64,000 nucleotides of DNA from NCBI RefSeq assembly GCF_009914755.1, contig NC_060930.1. One strand, written 5' to 3'. The notes under the pieces are model-generated. The model saw only the letters and a list, made by a program, of their open reading frames with translations, did not search any database and was not told the origin of the DNA. The translations under genes and the position numbers were made by a program. This stretch comes from the human T2T-CHM13v2.0 reference genome, Homo sapiens. Shown here in pieces: positions 12,777 through 26,059 of the stretch (position 1 is the stretch's first letter; every line of letters begins with the position of its first letter).

Positions 12777-14879
12777 TTTACACTGAAAATGTATGCTTTT
12801 AAACAAAGACTTTATAAGCATTTAGTCGACTATCGTATTTTCTTGTTTGAGGCTATCTTCAGTGCATAAATAGTAAGATCTGATCTTGTAGATCAGTATA
12901 TTTTAGTAGATATTCAATAAAAGGCAACAATGAAAGTTTTAATTAATCCACTAATTGAAGAAAAATTACATCTATCTACCCACCTATTTAATTTGAGAAG
13001 AATAATATGGTTCTACAATACAGCTTGAAATTAATGTAACACTTTTAGATTTCATAATACTTCAAGCTTTAAAAATGTTTTCAAAATATAAAATTCAATT
13101 AAACAATCAGCTGATTTGAAAACATCCATTTAACAATGGTTTTTTAAAACCCTACTTAAATGAATTAAATAATATCGTGAAATATACCCATGTACCTTAA
13201 CTTAAGACTATGAATGTATCACAACAAGTGATTCAAATTATCACTTATTTTTAGTGAAGCTAAAATTACCTTTAGAGTTTTAAAAATAGTTTAAAGTTCT
13301 GGGGTTGGTTCCTTTTTGAGAAGTAACTATTTGCATTCCATCTCTTGACATGAAGCTTTAAATATCACAGTGCTTTGATGAATAATAAATACAAATATAA
13401 ATGAATAAACAATCTGATGCCAGGAAAGAGGGAGATAAATATTCAAAGGAGGTGACTTTGTGTTTTGTTTGTTTATTTTATAATGTATTTTGCATTTGGC
13501 CTAGTCAACAAATAGATGAAAACAGAAAAATAAAATAAAATATTTACTATACAGATAAGCTATTCTTGTAGTTCCTCTATTTCCTGATAAGTCTTAGATG
13601 CATAAATCCAATATTCTGTTGTGCAGGATGGTAACTCTGCCTTGGCATTTTATTCTTCATAATATAGTAGGAGTGACCTATGAGTCATGGGGTTTCCAAA
13701 ATGGTTTTAAAAATCCGTCCTTATGGCAGAAGAAAAACAGTATTTGATTCTCCTGTGGCTGTTGCTGCTCAATCAAATTTATTGCCAGCTTTAGAACCTG
13801 GCCAGGAGAAGTGCTCAGTCCTGCTCCTGTTTTCACTGATTCAGAAGTACCAACCATAGCCAGCTGAGTTGGAGGGATTTCCCATTTGAGGATCAAGGCA
13901 TGGTGGCAAGTATTCTACCACTCTGAACTAGAAAACTTCAGAGAAACATGTTTATTTGTATGATATGCTAGGAAAGCCAGGATATATACACAGATATATA
14001 GACTCCATCACTGGTTCCCTGTTTGGCTGGGAAGGTCATGAGTCAGGCTGACGAAATGTAAAAGGCAGTGAGTTGAAGTTTTCCTCCTGCTGTGATCAGA
14101 TGCTCTTAGGATTCCAGTTGAGGTAATCTTTAAAGGGAACATGGCAGAGCTTTGGAAGCTTTTGGAAGCTTTGCAATCATGACCCACTGGTATCCCATAG
14201 GCTCATTGGAGGGGCCAGTATGAGCTAGCTGGAGGTCAGTTTTTATCCTGCTGTTCTTACATACTCTAAAATTACAGATCATAATCTCTGAAGTAGGACT
14301 TTAACTCCCACCATGCAGAGGTGCCAAAAATAAGGTACAAACGAAGTCTTTTAAAAAATAAGATAGAAAGTCCTTATATACCCATCTGTCTATAATGTTC
14401 CAAACTCAAGAATGAGATATATTAAGATTATTTATAATTTACAAAAGACTTACAAATGCCATATGATTCGATTTTCGGAACAATCTTCGGAGTTCATAAG
14501 GAAGCATTATAAACTACCCCTCCTTTTAAAAAACAAAACAACACAACAGAAAACAGAGTTTGTAAGGATTTCCTCTGATAAATAAACAAAAAAACACAAG
14601 CTTCCAGGTCCTGGTCACATGTCTATGGCAGACATCAATACTCATGTTGTAGTAGAATCTCTGCAAAATCCAGACTTTTTTCACACAAGCCTTTTCAGCA
14701 CAGTATTCAAGGAACTCATTGGCAACAGAATACTTCACACAAGGAAGGAAACAAGTTTACTCTCCCACTCTAACGGACCAGTGAAAGGCAAAGATCAGAG
14801 AACAGAATATATGACTCCAGCTTTAAATGTTTCCAGTAGTGGGATTTAAGGAGGACCTTATTCTAACTATAAGCAGATG

Positions 14880-16100
14880 CAATGTCAAATGAGTTTTGTT
14901 TTGATACACAGTATTCCTATGCATGTTAATAGTTTATATATTCAAGAAATAAAAACAAATCAGTATGAAATTTTTAAAAATCTGAGCACAAACAGGAACA
15001 AATTAATCCCATGTATTTCATATGAATAACACAACCACACTAAAGGAAGGAAAAGCAAAACCAAACCAACTCATACAAATACGTAAATCAAATGAATGCG
15101 TATAACTTCTGAACACAGATTTTTAGCTGTAATAATCTCAGTCCAAGGGGATAATAAAACCACCTTCAAATCTAGAACTTTTTCCTGTAGTTTGTGTTTG
15201 CATAGTGAGGTGGATCTAGCACTTCTGAATCTATTTTATGTATATTGTCAGATTGAGTAAATGAGCAAGGGAGCTTGTGTTTAAAGCCTCAGTTCTCACT
15301 ATGAACGAGGGAACATAGAAATGCAGACTATAAAAGGCATGCAGGAGGTGGATTGAAATTGAAGGTATAAGTATGCACTCAGTATGCATACTCAGTATGC
15401 ACACACACATACACATGCACAGAAATCTTAGTGCTGTGAGTCAAATAGGCCTAGCAGCAACGATATCCTAACAACAATAAACACACATTTCATCTTGATT
15501 TGTAAATATGATTGCCCACTGAAAGGAACCAGGACTTGGAGAATTGACTGGATTCATTTCAGGGCTGGAAGGCAAGCCTTAAAAATGTTGTAGAATGTAA
15601 AAAAGTGCTCAAAATAATAATAATAGTAATAATAATAACAAAAAAATAAGAGCCAGCTGGAAGGAGCTACTAAATCGCCAGGTTTGTTGAAAAGTTGTGA
15701 TAATATGAGCATAAGCATAAATAAGTACAAAATGGAAAATAATCCATTGAATAAAATAGGAATTCTTAAGTTATCACTGATGATAATAGAAAAATGATGT
15801 GTAGAGAGATAGATAATTAGAGATAGATAGGTATAGCTCAATCCACGGAAACACACCTAGATAAGAAAGGAGGTAAGGAGGGCTCTTCATTCCAGTAGAA
15901 TGTCAACAGATAAATGTGAAGGAAATACTGAAGATAGAAAAATCATTATTTTTCCACCATTGTTATAAAAATTGTTTTTGTCACGTGTCATCAAAAGATG
16001 CTAAATACAGCCATCGAAGTTTACAAAGAAAGTGTCTCTTTACAAATTAGTTAGTATTTATAAAGAAAAAAGAAATATTAATAAATGGACACTATCCAGT
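14880..16100 (+). mobile_element. L1MC/L1MD-type 3' region fragment
   Basis: gcccactgaaaggaaccaggacttggagaattgactggattcatttcagggctgg and ggtggattgaaattgaaggtata resemble the L1MC3/4 3' UTR; boundaries approximate. Confidence 0.55.
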
Positions 16101-16613
16101 AAGGACCCAACCTCACTTTTCTGGGTTTGCGTAATATTTAAGCGTTAATTAAATTGACAGTTTCCCAGTAGGCCCCAATAAATTATTCAGGCCATCTTAC
16201 TAGCACTTTTTAGAAGCCAATTCCTATTGCTATCTCATGGCTTCCCCATCCTAGCTTGTTTTGAATGACACAGAATTGTCCTAGGTAATGACTACTTCTG
16301 GGTTTCATTCACAGAGAAAGTCTTTATTCAACAGCACTGAGTTAATTTGTCTGCGAGTCACTAAGAACAGTTTCTCTGAGTGAAATATAAATAAACCCAG
16401 GAAAACCCACAACACAAACATCTATCTGCCCTGGTTCAAGAAGTGAAACCCGTGTGTTTCACAAACTGTGGAATTATCATCATCAACAAAAACATCACAA
16501 CACTTACTGTGTGATAAGAACTTCATATGCACTATCTAATTTAACATTACAAGGAGGAATTTGCTATAACTTGAATCACCAAGTTTAAGAATATTTATAC
16601 ATAGATTTCCTCC

Positions 16614-17243
16614 TGTTAGGGGGAAAAGTTTCCTCTACCCTCCTAGGGTTGCTGTCTAGGTCTGAAATAAAAGTTGACAAAGACAGATTAACAGGAGGAA
16701 AGCGTAACAGATTTATTTAATCAGAGTTTCATGTGACACAGGAACCTTGAGATAGGAAGAGCCAAAGGCACTGCGGGGTGGTGGCGGGTGGGGGTGGGAA
16801 ATGCCGATTGTATTCTTTGATGAAACAGACCGAGCGGAGGAACCCAGCAAGGCCTATTTGTTCACATTCTTCTTAACCTGTCCGTGTGGCATTTCTTCCT
16901 ATGAGGTGTAGGGCAGGACCCCTTCTGGAATGAGGGTCTTATGACCTACCATTAGACAAGGTAGGTCAGAGAATTTCATTACAACCAGCTCTTACACAGA
17001 AGGGTGGGAGGAGGTTAGACAAATATTTTTAGGTTTTTATGGCTGGCTTTGGAAAAAAGGGGTTCTGGTTTTTATGACCCACCTTGAGAAGAGGAGTTCT
17101 AGTTTGTATGGCCTGCCTGGAGAAGAAAAAGAAGCAGGAGGGCAGGAGAAGTGTAGAAAGATCTCACTTCTGAGGCACTCAGTTCAAGGTACTCAGCATG
17201 CCACAGCACCATACTTTTGGGTATCTTGCCCTGAGCACAAGCA
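16614..17243 (-). mobile_element. ERV1 solo LTR, MER31/MER67-like
   Basis: TG...CA ends; terminal gtactcagcatgccacagcaccatacttttgggtatc matches the reverse complement of the MER31/67-type 5' end; gacagattaacaggaggaaagc also present. Confidence 0.7.
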
Positions 17244-17514
17244 TTCTCCGAATTATTATTAATTTAATCTGTTTGCCTGTGTCTTTACACATAAATTTGT
17301 TTTTTAAAAATGTTTTATCTAAGGAAACTACATTGATATTTTGGCATAAACAAACTTAAAAATTTATATGCAATTTACTCTATCTGCTGTACCTCCAAAG
17401 CAGTTAGCACTCTAATATCTAAACTCCAATTTTTCCTATGATAACTAAAGTTACATCCAAATGTTTCTTTGTTGACACAAGAAAGTTTGATAATTGAAAG
17501 CTAAGACGTTATTT

Positions 17515-17720
17515 TAACAGAGAACATGGGATCTGGGCTGACAAGAATCATTTTTAACTCCATCTCTGTCAACTTTAACTCTGATTTTAAGAAAGGTATT
17601 CACCATCTTGAATCTTATTTTTCTTATCAGCAGAATTTTTTTTTTTAATGGAGTAGTTGTAAGCTGCCTCCTTCGCAGAGCTGTTGTTGTATGGAACAAA
17701 TTGTGGAGAGAATGGATGTT
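17515..17720 (+). mobile_element. MIR fragment
   Basis: gaacatgggatctggg...ttcaccatcttgaatcttattttt...ttcgcagagctgttgt follows the MIR layout. Confidence 0.5.
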
Positions 17721-18399
17721 CAAGTTTTTATGAACTACAAAGTAATGGCCAATCGTTGGTATCAGTTGGATAATCATTTCAAGGATAATCACCTGTACAA
17801 TTCTAAAATCATTTTACTAAATATCAGAAAGTCATACAAATCCCAAATGATCGAAATAACCTTACAGAAATTTGTAACGACTATCATGGCAGAGCAACAA
17901 ACTTGTACAGCAATGAAAAACCACAGAATCAAATACAATCTTAATGTGATGACTCTTTTCTACTTTTTTATATGAAAGGCTTTGATTCTGGGAATATGGT
18001 GTTATATTTTCTTTTAAAATGTATCAATATTATTATAGCATATCAAAATTTCTGACAGGTTAAAGAAATTCTGACAGATCTCAAACACTGAATTACAATA
18101 GGTACAAATTTCCTTAGAAATTTAAATGAACTGTTAGACCTTACAAAGTGCTACATGTTAGATAATAAATAAATGAGTATGACTATAAAGTACTTTAAAT
18201 CTGGTGTTTTATATTGCTGAATAATGATAGATTTTATCAACATATTTTATAATAAGGGACCTACAAGTGAATAAAAAATTGAGGGTAAATATTTATATGA
18301 TTATCAATTCAGAAGACATTTTCTAATATAAAAGCTATGTTGAGGAATGGAGAAGAAACTAAAGAATCAAACAATTGCTGTATATGATTAAATCTATCA

Positions 18400-19250
18400 A
18401 AAAGAATATTGTAAGGTAAAGAATACAATTATGTAGTATTTTTAAAAATATAAACTAAAATAATCATAATTCAACACTGTTAATGCAAGTTAAAATAATT
18501 ACTTAAGCAGTATAAAAATGACATGAACTTATTTCAGAGAAAAAATACAAATTATATATAAAAACCATGGAAAATATTTCAATCTTTCCTTTATTCACAA
18601 ATTTTCAGATTGAAATCACTAACAGCTAGTATGGTTTACTACCAAATCTGCAAACATTTTAAGAGTCGTATTTAGAATGAGTGCACTATAAGACTCATCT
18701 ATTTACTGTACTGGTGAGAGTGTAAATTGGTACAACCTTTTTGGAAAGCAATTTGTCAGTACATACTGAGGTCTGTAAAAAGTTCATAACCTTTAATACA
18801 GTAATTTCTCTTCTAGAGCCTTAGCCAAAGGAAAAAAAAATTAGACAAACATTTTAGTAAAAAGATGAAAATCATGATGTAATTATAACAGCAAAAACCT
18901 ATAAGCAACTTAAATGTCTAATGTTCGGATAATAATTCAATGTATTTTAGTGGAGCTATAGATAAAACATGTAGTATGATTAAATGTAGATTCTTAAGCA
19001 CTATTTAATAGCATGGGATAATGCTTATGATTTACACTTCAGTTAAAAATAAGAAGGCAATTCTGTATCATCTATTTGATCTTAATGTAATATGTAGAAA
19101 CATTTATAACTTCAAATGCACAAATTTAGAAACTGATAAAAATATGTCAAAGTGATTACAATAATTTTTACAAGATTTTATTGTATGTTTCTATTTTTCT
19201 ACATGCTTTCAATTTTTTACCATGAGCACATATTTTTCTAAAAATAAAAA
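18400..19250 (+). mobile_element. L1ME-type ORF2 end / 3' UTR fragment
   Basis: ctggtgagagtgtaaattggtacaacctttttggaaagcaatttg...aagttcataacctttaatacagtaatttctcttctag. Confidence 0.7.
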
Positions 19251-20761
19251 TATATCATTATTATAATTATTATAAGTACATAATTTTTATTGCATTTCAA
19301 TCTGAGATTAAGCTTGTAAATCTGAATATTTAAATTTATAATATGCAAATCATCAAAAACTTTAAAAGTTTATACATATAAACTTGAAATTATTTTGTAT
19401 ACAAGTACAAAAACACTATATTTTTAAATCTCTGCCATTTTACAAATATAACAGTTTTTCACAGCAAAAGGAAGATTTTTTTACTTCATGGCATACTTTT
19501 TGACTATTGTTTGATGATTATTTTATTTTCATTTTTCCTCAAATACTTGTTTTTATAGATATGGGAATGGCTACTGGACTAGACCTCAGTGTTCAAACAT
19601 TTTGCTGTTTTTCACTTGCAGTTCCCAAATGCAAATTGAAAGTTTCTAATTTCCAAGCAGCACAGCAATTGATTCTTATCAATATGTCCCATAAAAATGC
19701 ATCTTATATAGTATAATATGGAACTGCTAGAAATCTAATAAAAGAATGTGTCAATTTCTTAATTTTAGACTTGAGGAAAGCAAGAATAAAAGAGTTTCCC
19801 TCATCTTTTCTTTCTCTTAGATTTCCAACAACCCTAATACCTTTACTAATTATTTTTATTTCACATTTAGTCATGTGAACAATCTACAATTATGTTACAT
19901 TCTCTATGAATATACTTGAAATGGCTTTGAAACAGTTCTAGTGAGTATGACATTGTGTTAGTGAGAGTGGGATGGGGACAAAAAAAGGCATTCTGGAACA
20001 AACAAACAAATAACCACATCAATTGAATAACACACCTAAGGACTTCAATGATTCCACACCTTAGGAGGTGGGATTTAACTTGAACAAAGGTGTATAAACT
20101 GGTCCCTAGAGATTTTACTTTAAAATGCAAATCCAAACTTTTACTAATCTAGGTATAGAAACAACTACAACATCTTTACTTTTGACTCTTGCTCCTTAAA
20201 TCACTACGAGCAGACCATAGGAGAAAATAAGCTATAGAAGAGGTAACTGTGCACATGTTTACTAAGCTATTTACTCCAAGATGTCTTTATCCAACTCTGC
20301 TTAAATTGTCTCCTTGCTTTGCAATGAAGGAGAATGAGAGGCCTGGTAAGAAGCTTTTACAATTCACCCTTCTGATGTTTTTCTTTTGTATGAGAATAAT
20401 CCAATATAAGAACAAATGGATCAGCTAGATATCTCACTATAAGATAGAAGAGAGTCCTTAGTACTAAACTTTCCCTGATCTGTTTTTCTACTTGAGGACT
20501 CTTGCCCAAATTCTAAATAATCACTGTCACATGGAATACAATAATAATAATAAAACATTGTCCTCAAAGAAAACATGGAATAGAAGTGGAAGTAAAAAAG
20601 GGTTTTGAAATTATCTAATAATATTTATTTTAGAAAACATAATTACTCAAACATTTTTCTACAAAGAATTAAAAAATATATGAAGCAACCTGGAAATCTC
20701 TTAATTATGTTCACAGATACAAACAAGTCTTTTAATTTCAATAGGAAATAATATTTTTATT

Positions 20762-21136
20762 TGTCATAATTCATTTTGTGCTGCTCTAAAAGAATACCTG
20801 AGACTGAGTAATTTATAAATCACAGAAATTTGTTTTGAAAAGTTCTAAAAGCTAAGAAGTCTAAGATTATGGGGCTGGCATCTTGAGAGGGCCTTCATGC
20901 TGCTTCATCCCATGGAAGAAGGTAGAAGGGGAAGAGAGGGCAAAAGAAAGTTCAAGTGGATGCTGAACTCATCATTATGTAAGGAAACCACAATCATGAT
21001 AAGAGCATTAATTCATTCATGAGAATGGGACACACATGACATTAATACCTCTTAAAGGTCCCACCTCCCAACACCTCTGCCTTGGGTATCAAGTTTTTAA
21101 CATGTTATCTTTGGAGGACACATTCCAACCATAGCA
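20762..21136 (-). mobile_element. MaLR solo LTR (MSTC/MSTD-like)
   Basis: ttttgtgctgctctaaaagaatacctgagactgagtaatttataa ... cctcttaaaggtcccacctcccaacac ... ggacacattccaaccatagca. Confidence 0.8.
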
Positions 21137-22659
21137 TTAGTCTTTTCTCTGCACAGGGAAATGCACTATTATAAAGCTATGAAGGAATATAATCAAGAGT
21201 GGTTTCTCGTTGCATTGACTATAATATATATGCCCTTAGACTCAAGAGCAGAGAGGCTGATAGTTGGGCTCTGAGGCTGAATCACATGCCACTAAATATC
21301 CATATGATCAATATTGTGTGCTATCAAAACAATCTGAATAGAGATTTACAGAAATGTAATGTCATGGCTGCTTTAGTACTCCATTACTCTAGAAAGTTTA
21401 GCTTGGTGATTTAATATTCACTTCTCGGCTCTCTTATCTGTTTCTGGATGATTCTAGACATTCACTTTCTATCCACACCCTTTGTGCTAATAGCCTCGCA
21501 GAAAGTTGTCTCAGTATATCTGAGTTAGCTACCTAGGACAGACTGATGCTACAGGAATACTTCTCTGAACAGGGAATTCTTATTATTAGATAGTCATGTA
21601 GACATTATCTTGCCTCTCCTCCCTTCTCTCCCCCTCTGTCCACATTTGTAGAGTATTATGATAGTAGATCTCATTTACTGAAACTTTAACATACAGACAA
21701 TCTATGCCTGGCTTGCAATGTGGGATAATGAGAATTCAAGGTATTCTGTATTCCACCAATTCCATGCTTTTAAGATTTTCCTGCCCACATATTCTACTGT
21801 AAATCTGCATCATGTGGAACCATAGTGTTTGTCTGTGACCCACTGCATGGTGATATGGTTTTTCTGTGTCCCCACCCAAATCTTATTTTAAATTGTAACT
21901 CCTACCATTCCCATGTATTGTGGGAGGAACCTGGTGGGAGGTGATTGACTTGTGAGGGCAGGTCTTTCCTGCACTGTTCTTGTGATAGTGAATGAGTCTC
22001 ATGAGATTTGATGGTTTTAAAAATGGGAGTTTCCCCGCAAAAGCTTTTTGCCTGCCACCATCCATGTAAGACGTGACATGTTCCTTCTTGCCTTTTGCCA
22101 TGAGTATGAGGCCTCCCTAGCCATGTGGAACTTTAAGTCCATTTAAACCTCTTTCTTTTGTAAATTGCCCAGCCTTAGGTTGTCTTTATCAGCAGCATGA
22201 AAATGGACTAATAGGGTAAGTTGGTACCAGGAATGGGGGCTGCAGAAAAGATACCCAAAAATGTGGCAGTGACTTTGGAACTGGGAAACAGGCAGAGGTT
22301 GAACAGTTTGGAGAGCTCAGAAGATGATAGGAAAATGTGGGAAAGTTCAGAACTTCCTAGAGACTTGTTGAATGGCTTTGCCTACAATACTGGTAGAGGT
22401 ATGGACAATATAGTCCAGGGTGAGGTGGTCTCAGATGGAAATGAGGAACTTGTTGGGAACTGAAGAAAGATGACTCTTCTTGTGTTTTAGCAAAGAGACT
22501 GGTGGCATTTTGCCCCTGCCCTAGAGATTTGTGGAACTTTGAACTTAAGAGAGGTGATTTAGGGTATCTTGTGGAAGAAATCTCTAAGCAGCAGAGCATT
22601 CAAGAGGTGATGTGGGTCCTGTTAAAGGCATTCAGTTTTATAAAGGAAGCAGAGCATAG

Positions 22660-23018
22660 AAGAACAGAACACTTGGAGAATTGTAATGCCATAGAAAAGA
22701 AAAGGCTTGTAATCCCAGCACTTTGGGAAGCTGAGACCGGTGGATCATGAGGTCAGGAGTTTGAGACCAGCCTGACCAAAAGAACAGAACATTTGGAGAA
22801 TTGTAATGCCATAGAAAAGAAAAGGCTTGTAATCCTAGCACTTTGGGAAGCTGAGACAGGTGGATCACGAGGTCAGGAGTTTGAGACCAGCCTGACCAAA
22901 AGAACAGAACATTTGGAGAATTGTAATGCCATAGAAAAGAAAAGGCTTGTAATCCCAGCACTTTGGGAAGCTGAGACAGGTGGATCACGAGGTCAGGAGT
23001 TTGAGACCAGCCTGACCA
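22660..23018 (+). repeat. Tandem repeat, 3 x 120 bp, unit = THE1 internal sequence plus Alu 5' part
   Basis: Units start at 22661, 22781 and 22901; 1-4 substitutions between units. Confidence 0.97.
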
Positions 23019-23217
23019 GTCTGAGATCCTGCCTCTACTAAAAATACAAAAATTAGCTGGGAGTGGTAGCACATGCCTGTAATCTTAACTACTCAGGAGG
23101 CTAAGGCAGAAGAATTGCTTGAACCTGGGAGGCATAGGTTGCAGTGAGCCAAGATGATGCCACTGCACTCCAGCCTCAGTGACAATGGGAGACTTCGCCT
23201 CAAAAAAAAAAAAAAAA
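22944..23217 (+). mobile_element. AluS-type element with a short 5' truncation, inserted in the THE1 internal region
   Basis: ttgtaatcccagcactttggg...ctactaaaaatacaaaaattagc...polyA; flanked by aaagaaaa, the interrupted THE1 motif. Confidence 0.92.
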
Positions 23218-25511
23218 GAAAGAAAATCTCATTTTATGAGGAGAAATTTAAGCCGACTGCAGAAATTTGCATAAGCAATGAGAAGCCAAATGTTAATCCC
23301 CAAGACAATAGGGGAAATGTCTCCAGGGCATGTCAGAGGTCTTCACAGCAGCCCCTCCCATCAAAGACCTGGAGGTTTAGGAGGAAAAAACGGTTTCCCG
23401 CGCTGTGCCCAGGATCCCTCTGGTGTGTGCAATTAAGGAACTTGGTGCACTATGACCCAGCTGCTCCAGCTGTGGCTGAAAGGGGCCAACATAGTAGAGC
23501 TTGGGCCATGGCTTCAGAGGGTGAAAACCCCAAGCCTTGACAGATTCCACAAGGTGTTGAGCCTGTGAGTGCAAAGAAGTCAAGAATTGAGGTTTGGGAA
23601 CCTCCTTCTAGATTTCAGAAGATGTTTGAGAACTCTCGGATGCCCAAACAGAAGTTTGCTACAGGATCACAGCCCTCATGAAGAACCTCTGCTAGGGCAG
23701 TCAGGAAGGGAAAAATGGGAGGGGCTGGGGGCAGAATGATGTGGTTTGGCTGTGTCCCCACCCAAATATCATTTTGAATTCTAACCCCCACAATTCTCAC
23801 ATGTCATGGCAGGAACCTTGTGGGAGGTGATTGAATTATGGGGGCAGGTCTTTCCCATGCTGTTCTTATTGGTAGGGAATGAGTCTCATGTGATTCAATA
23901 ATCTTAAAAACGGGAGTTTCCCTGTACAAGCTCTTTTTGCATGCCACCATCCATGTAAGATGTCACATGCTCCTCTTTACCTTCTGCCATAATTATGAGG
24001 CCTCCCCAGCCATGTGGAACTTTAAGTCCAATTAAACCTCTTTCTTTTGCAAAATGCCCAGTCTTGGGTATGGCTTTATCAGCAGTATGAAAATGGACTG
24101 AGACAATATTATAAACTGAGACAAAAGTTAAAGCTGATAATGAATCATACTTATGCCAGTCCAGACAGAAAATCCAGGAGGCCTAGGCAATAGGCAAGAC
24201 ATTTACTCCCTTTATATCCCATAAATAAAATCATTTTTGATGGCCTAATGACTTGGTAATACAGTTTAATGCACAAAATTAAGTGACCAATAAGGATGTA
24301 TTAAGTTGATTTTATCATTTACCCTTCTTCATTCTTCTGATTTTTTTTCTACATGTTCTCTGGATTTACTATTTTCAACTTTGCTGTGCTAAATGCTATA
24401 AATATGTAGTTTTCTGTAGAAATCTTTGATCTTTTTGAAGAAAGAAGCTGTTAAAATTTGATGAATAATTAGCCAAAACTTGACAGCAGTCAATTAATCA
24501 GAAAGCCTATGCCAAGGGATCATACTATGATAAGCATCAAGTAAGATAAAGGAAGATATATAAGGTATTGTCTTAATCCTTTAAGATTTTAAAGCCAAGT
24601 GAAAAGATAAGTCATATACATCTCAAATTAGCAGCATATGTTTGAGTATTTACTTATTTAGTTGATATAGCTATTAAGAGTAAACTGGGAGGGTACAATA
24701 CAGAAGTGCTACATTGAAAATTATTTAAAACATTTTAATTTTAAATATTGAAGTCCATACATCTCTGAACAATCTACAATACTGATGCAAACTATGAGTT
24801 CCAAACTGTTGTGAAAATTAATACACTTTGCATGTAAATTTTTTTTCAAATAATCTGTCATAGCTTATAGTGAAGTATGAGAGGAGTCAAATACTGGTTT
24901 AAAAAATGTGTTGTGTGCATTCTCGTTTTGGAGTAGTGGTTTTTTTTTTTCATCACAAAGCTCAGTGAATTTAATTAAATCTCAACTGCCTCAAAGCAAT
25001 TCTTTTTATTGTACAAAATTGCACTTATCATTCAGATGGCAAAAACCATATAAAATGCTACTGTCTTTCAAAACAAGAAATTTACATATAGGCAATAAGT
25101 AAAAAGGTCCATAACATGGCCCAGAAATGCCACTTAAACTTTCCGATGGATGTTTTAAAATCAATTCAAGTCAATGTATGGTGAATTATGTGGCTGCCTT
25201 AGAGAGCCTGTGTTATTCAAGCACCTAAAATGATACAACTTATCTCAAGTGTACATATTCTCAACAACAAAATAGTCAGTGGATGTCCAGGTAAAAAAAA
25301 AAAACTCTGAGAATACAGACGTTCCATCATTCTGACATAGATTTTTCTTTGTTTATGTTTTCATTGCCTTCTCATTCTCTTTCCCCAGTCTCAAAATCAC
25401 TTAGCTGGAGCTCAATTAGGTAATTATCTCATAAAAGCAATTGACCTAATAGTATGAATAACCAATGATGTTAAATGTCTGTGATTATCAGTGGTCATTT
25501 GTATGTGTGTG

Positions 25512-25530
25512 GATAGATAGATAGATAGAT

Positions 25531-25572
<42 letters not shown>

Positions 25573-25581
25573 CAGATGATA
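25512..25581. repeat. (GATA)n tetranucleotide STR, interrupted
   Basis: Direct read. Confidence 0.97.
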
Positions 25582-25998
25582 AATAATCTTAGCTGTCTTT
25601 ATTCATTTTTCCTTAATTCTTTGTAGGATATAAAGGTTTCCACGGGGAAATAGCCACTGAATGTTCATATGGATGAGACTAAATGGCCATGTTCAACTAT
25701 TCCTGTAGTACTGCTATGATGTAGCCTGTCTGTTTAGAATATAAAAATACAGATATAGTAAACTAGTAACATGTGACACAACTAGACACATGAATTTTAT
25801 TAAAGCAGCAATGTCAACAGATTATGCCCACTGGATTTTACCCACTCTGTGTAGCATAATGCATGGCTTTTCATGCTATAAATATTTTATTTAGTGTTTC
25901 TTTAATAATAATTACCTACATATAATAAATAGGAAAATTAAAAATAAAATCTCCCACCCACTAGAGAAAAGAGTTTGCCTGGTGGTATAGTTCCTTAC

Positions 25999-26059
25999 AT
26001 CTATATCTATATCTATATCTATATCTATATCTATATCTATATCTATATCTATCTATCTA
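25999..26059. repeat. (ATCTAT)n hexanucleotide STR
   Basis: Direct read. Confidence 0.95.

Larger units (their letters stand above)
21851..24105 (+). mobile_element. THE1 (THE1B/C-like) MaLR element: 5' LTR 21851-~22215, internal region ~22216-23736, 3' LTR 23737-~24105
   Basis: Two similar ~365-bp LTRs starting tgat(a/g)tggttt; internal region starts gtaagttggtaccag and ends with the polypurine tract ggaggggctgggggcagaa. Confidence 0.93.

Noticed and set aside
22502-23540. ORFs with 40-aa internal repeats, resembling a repeat protein or CRISPR-like array
   Set aside because: Produced by the in-frame 120-bp THE1/Alu tandem repeat; no unique spacers, no cas genes, and the context is eukaryotic.
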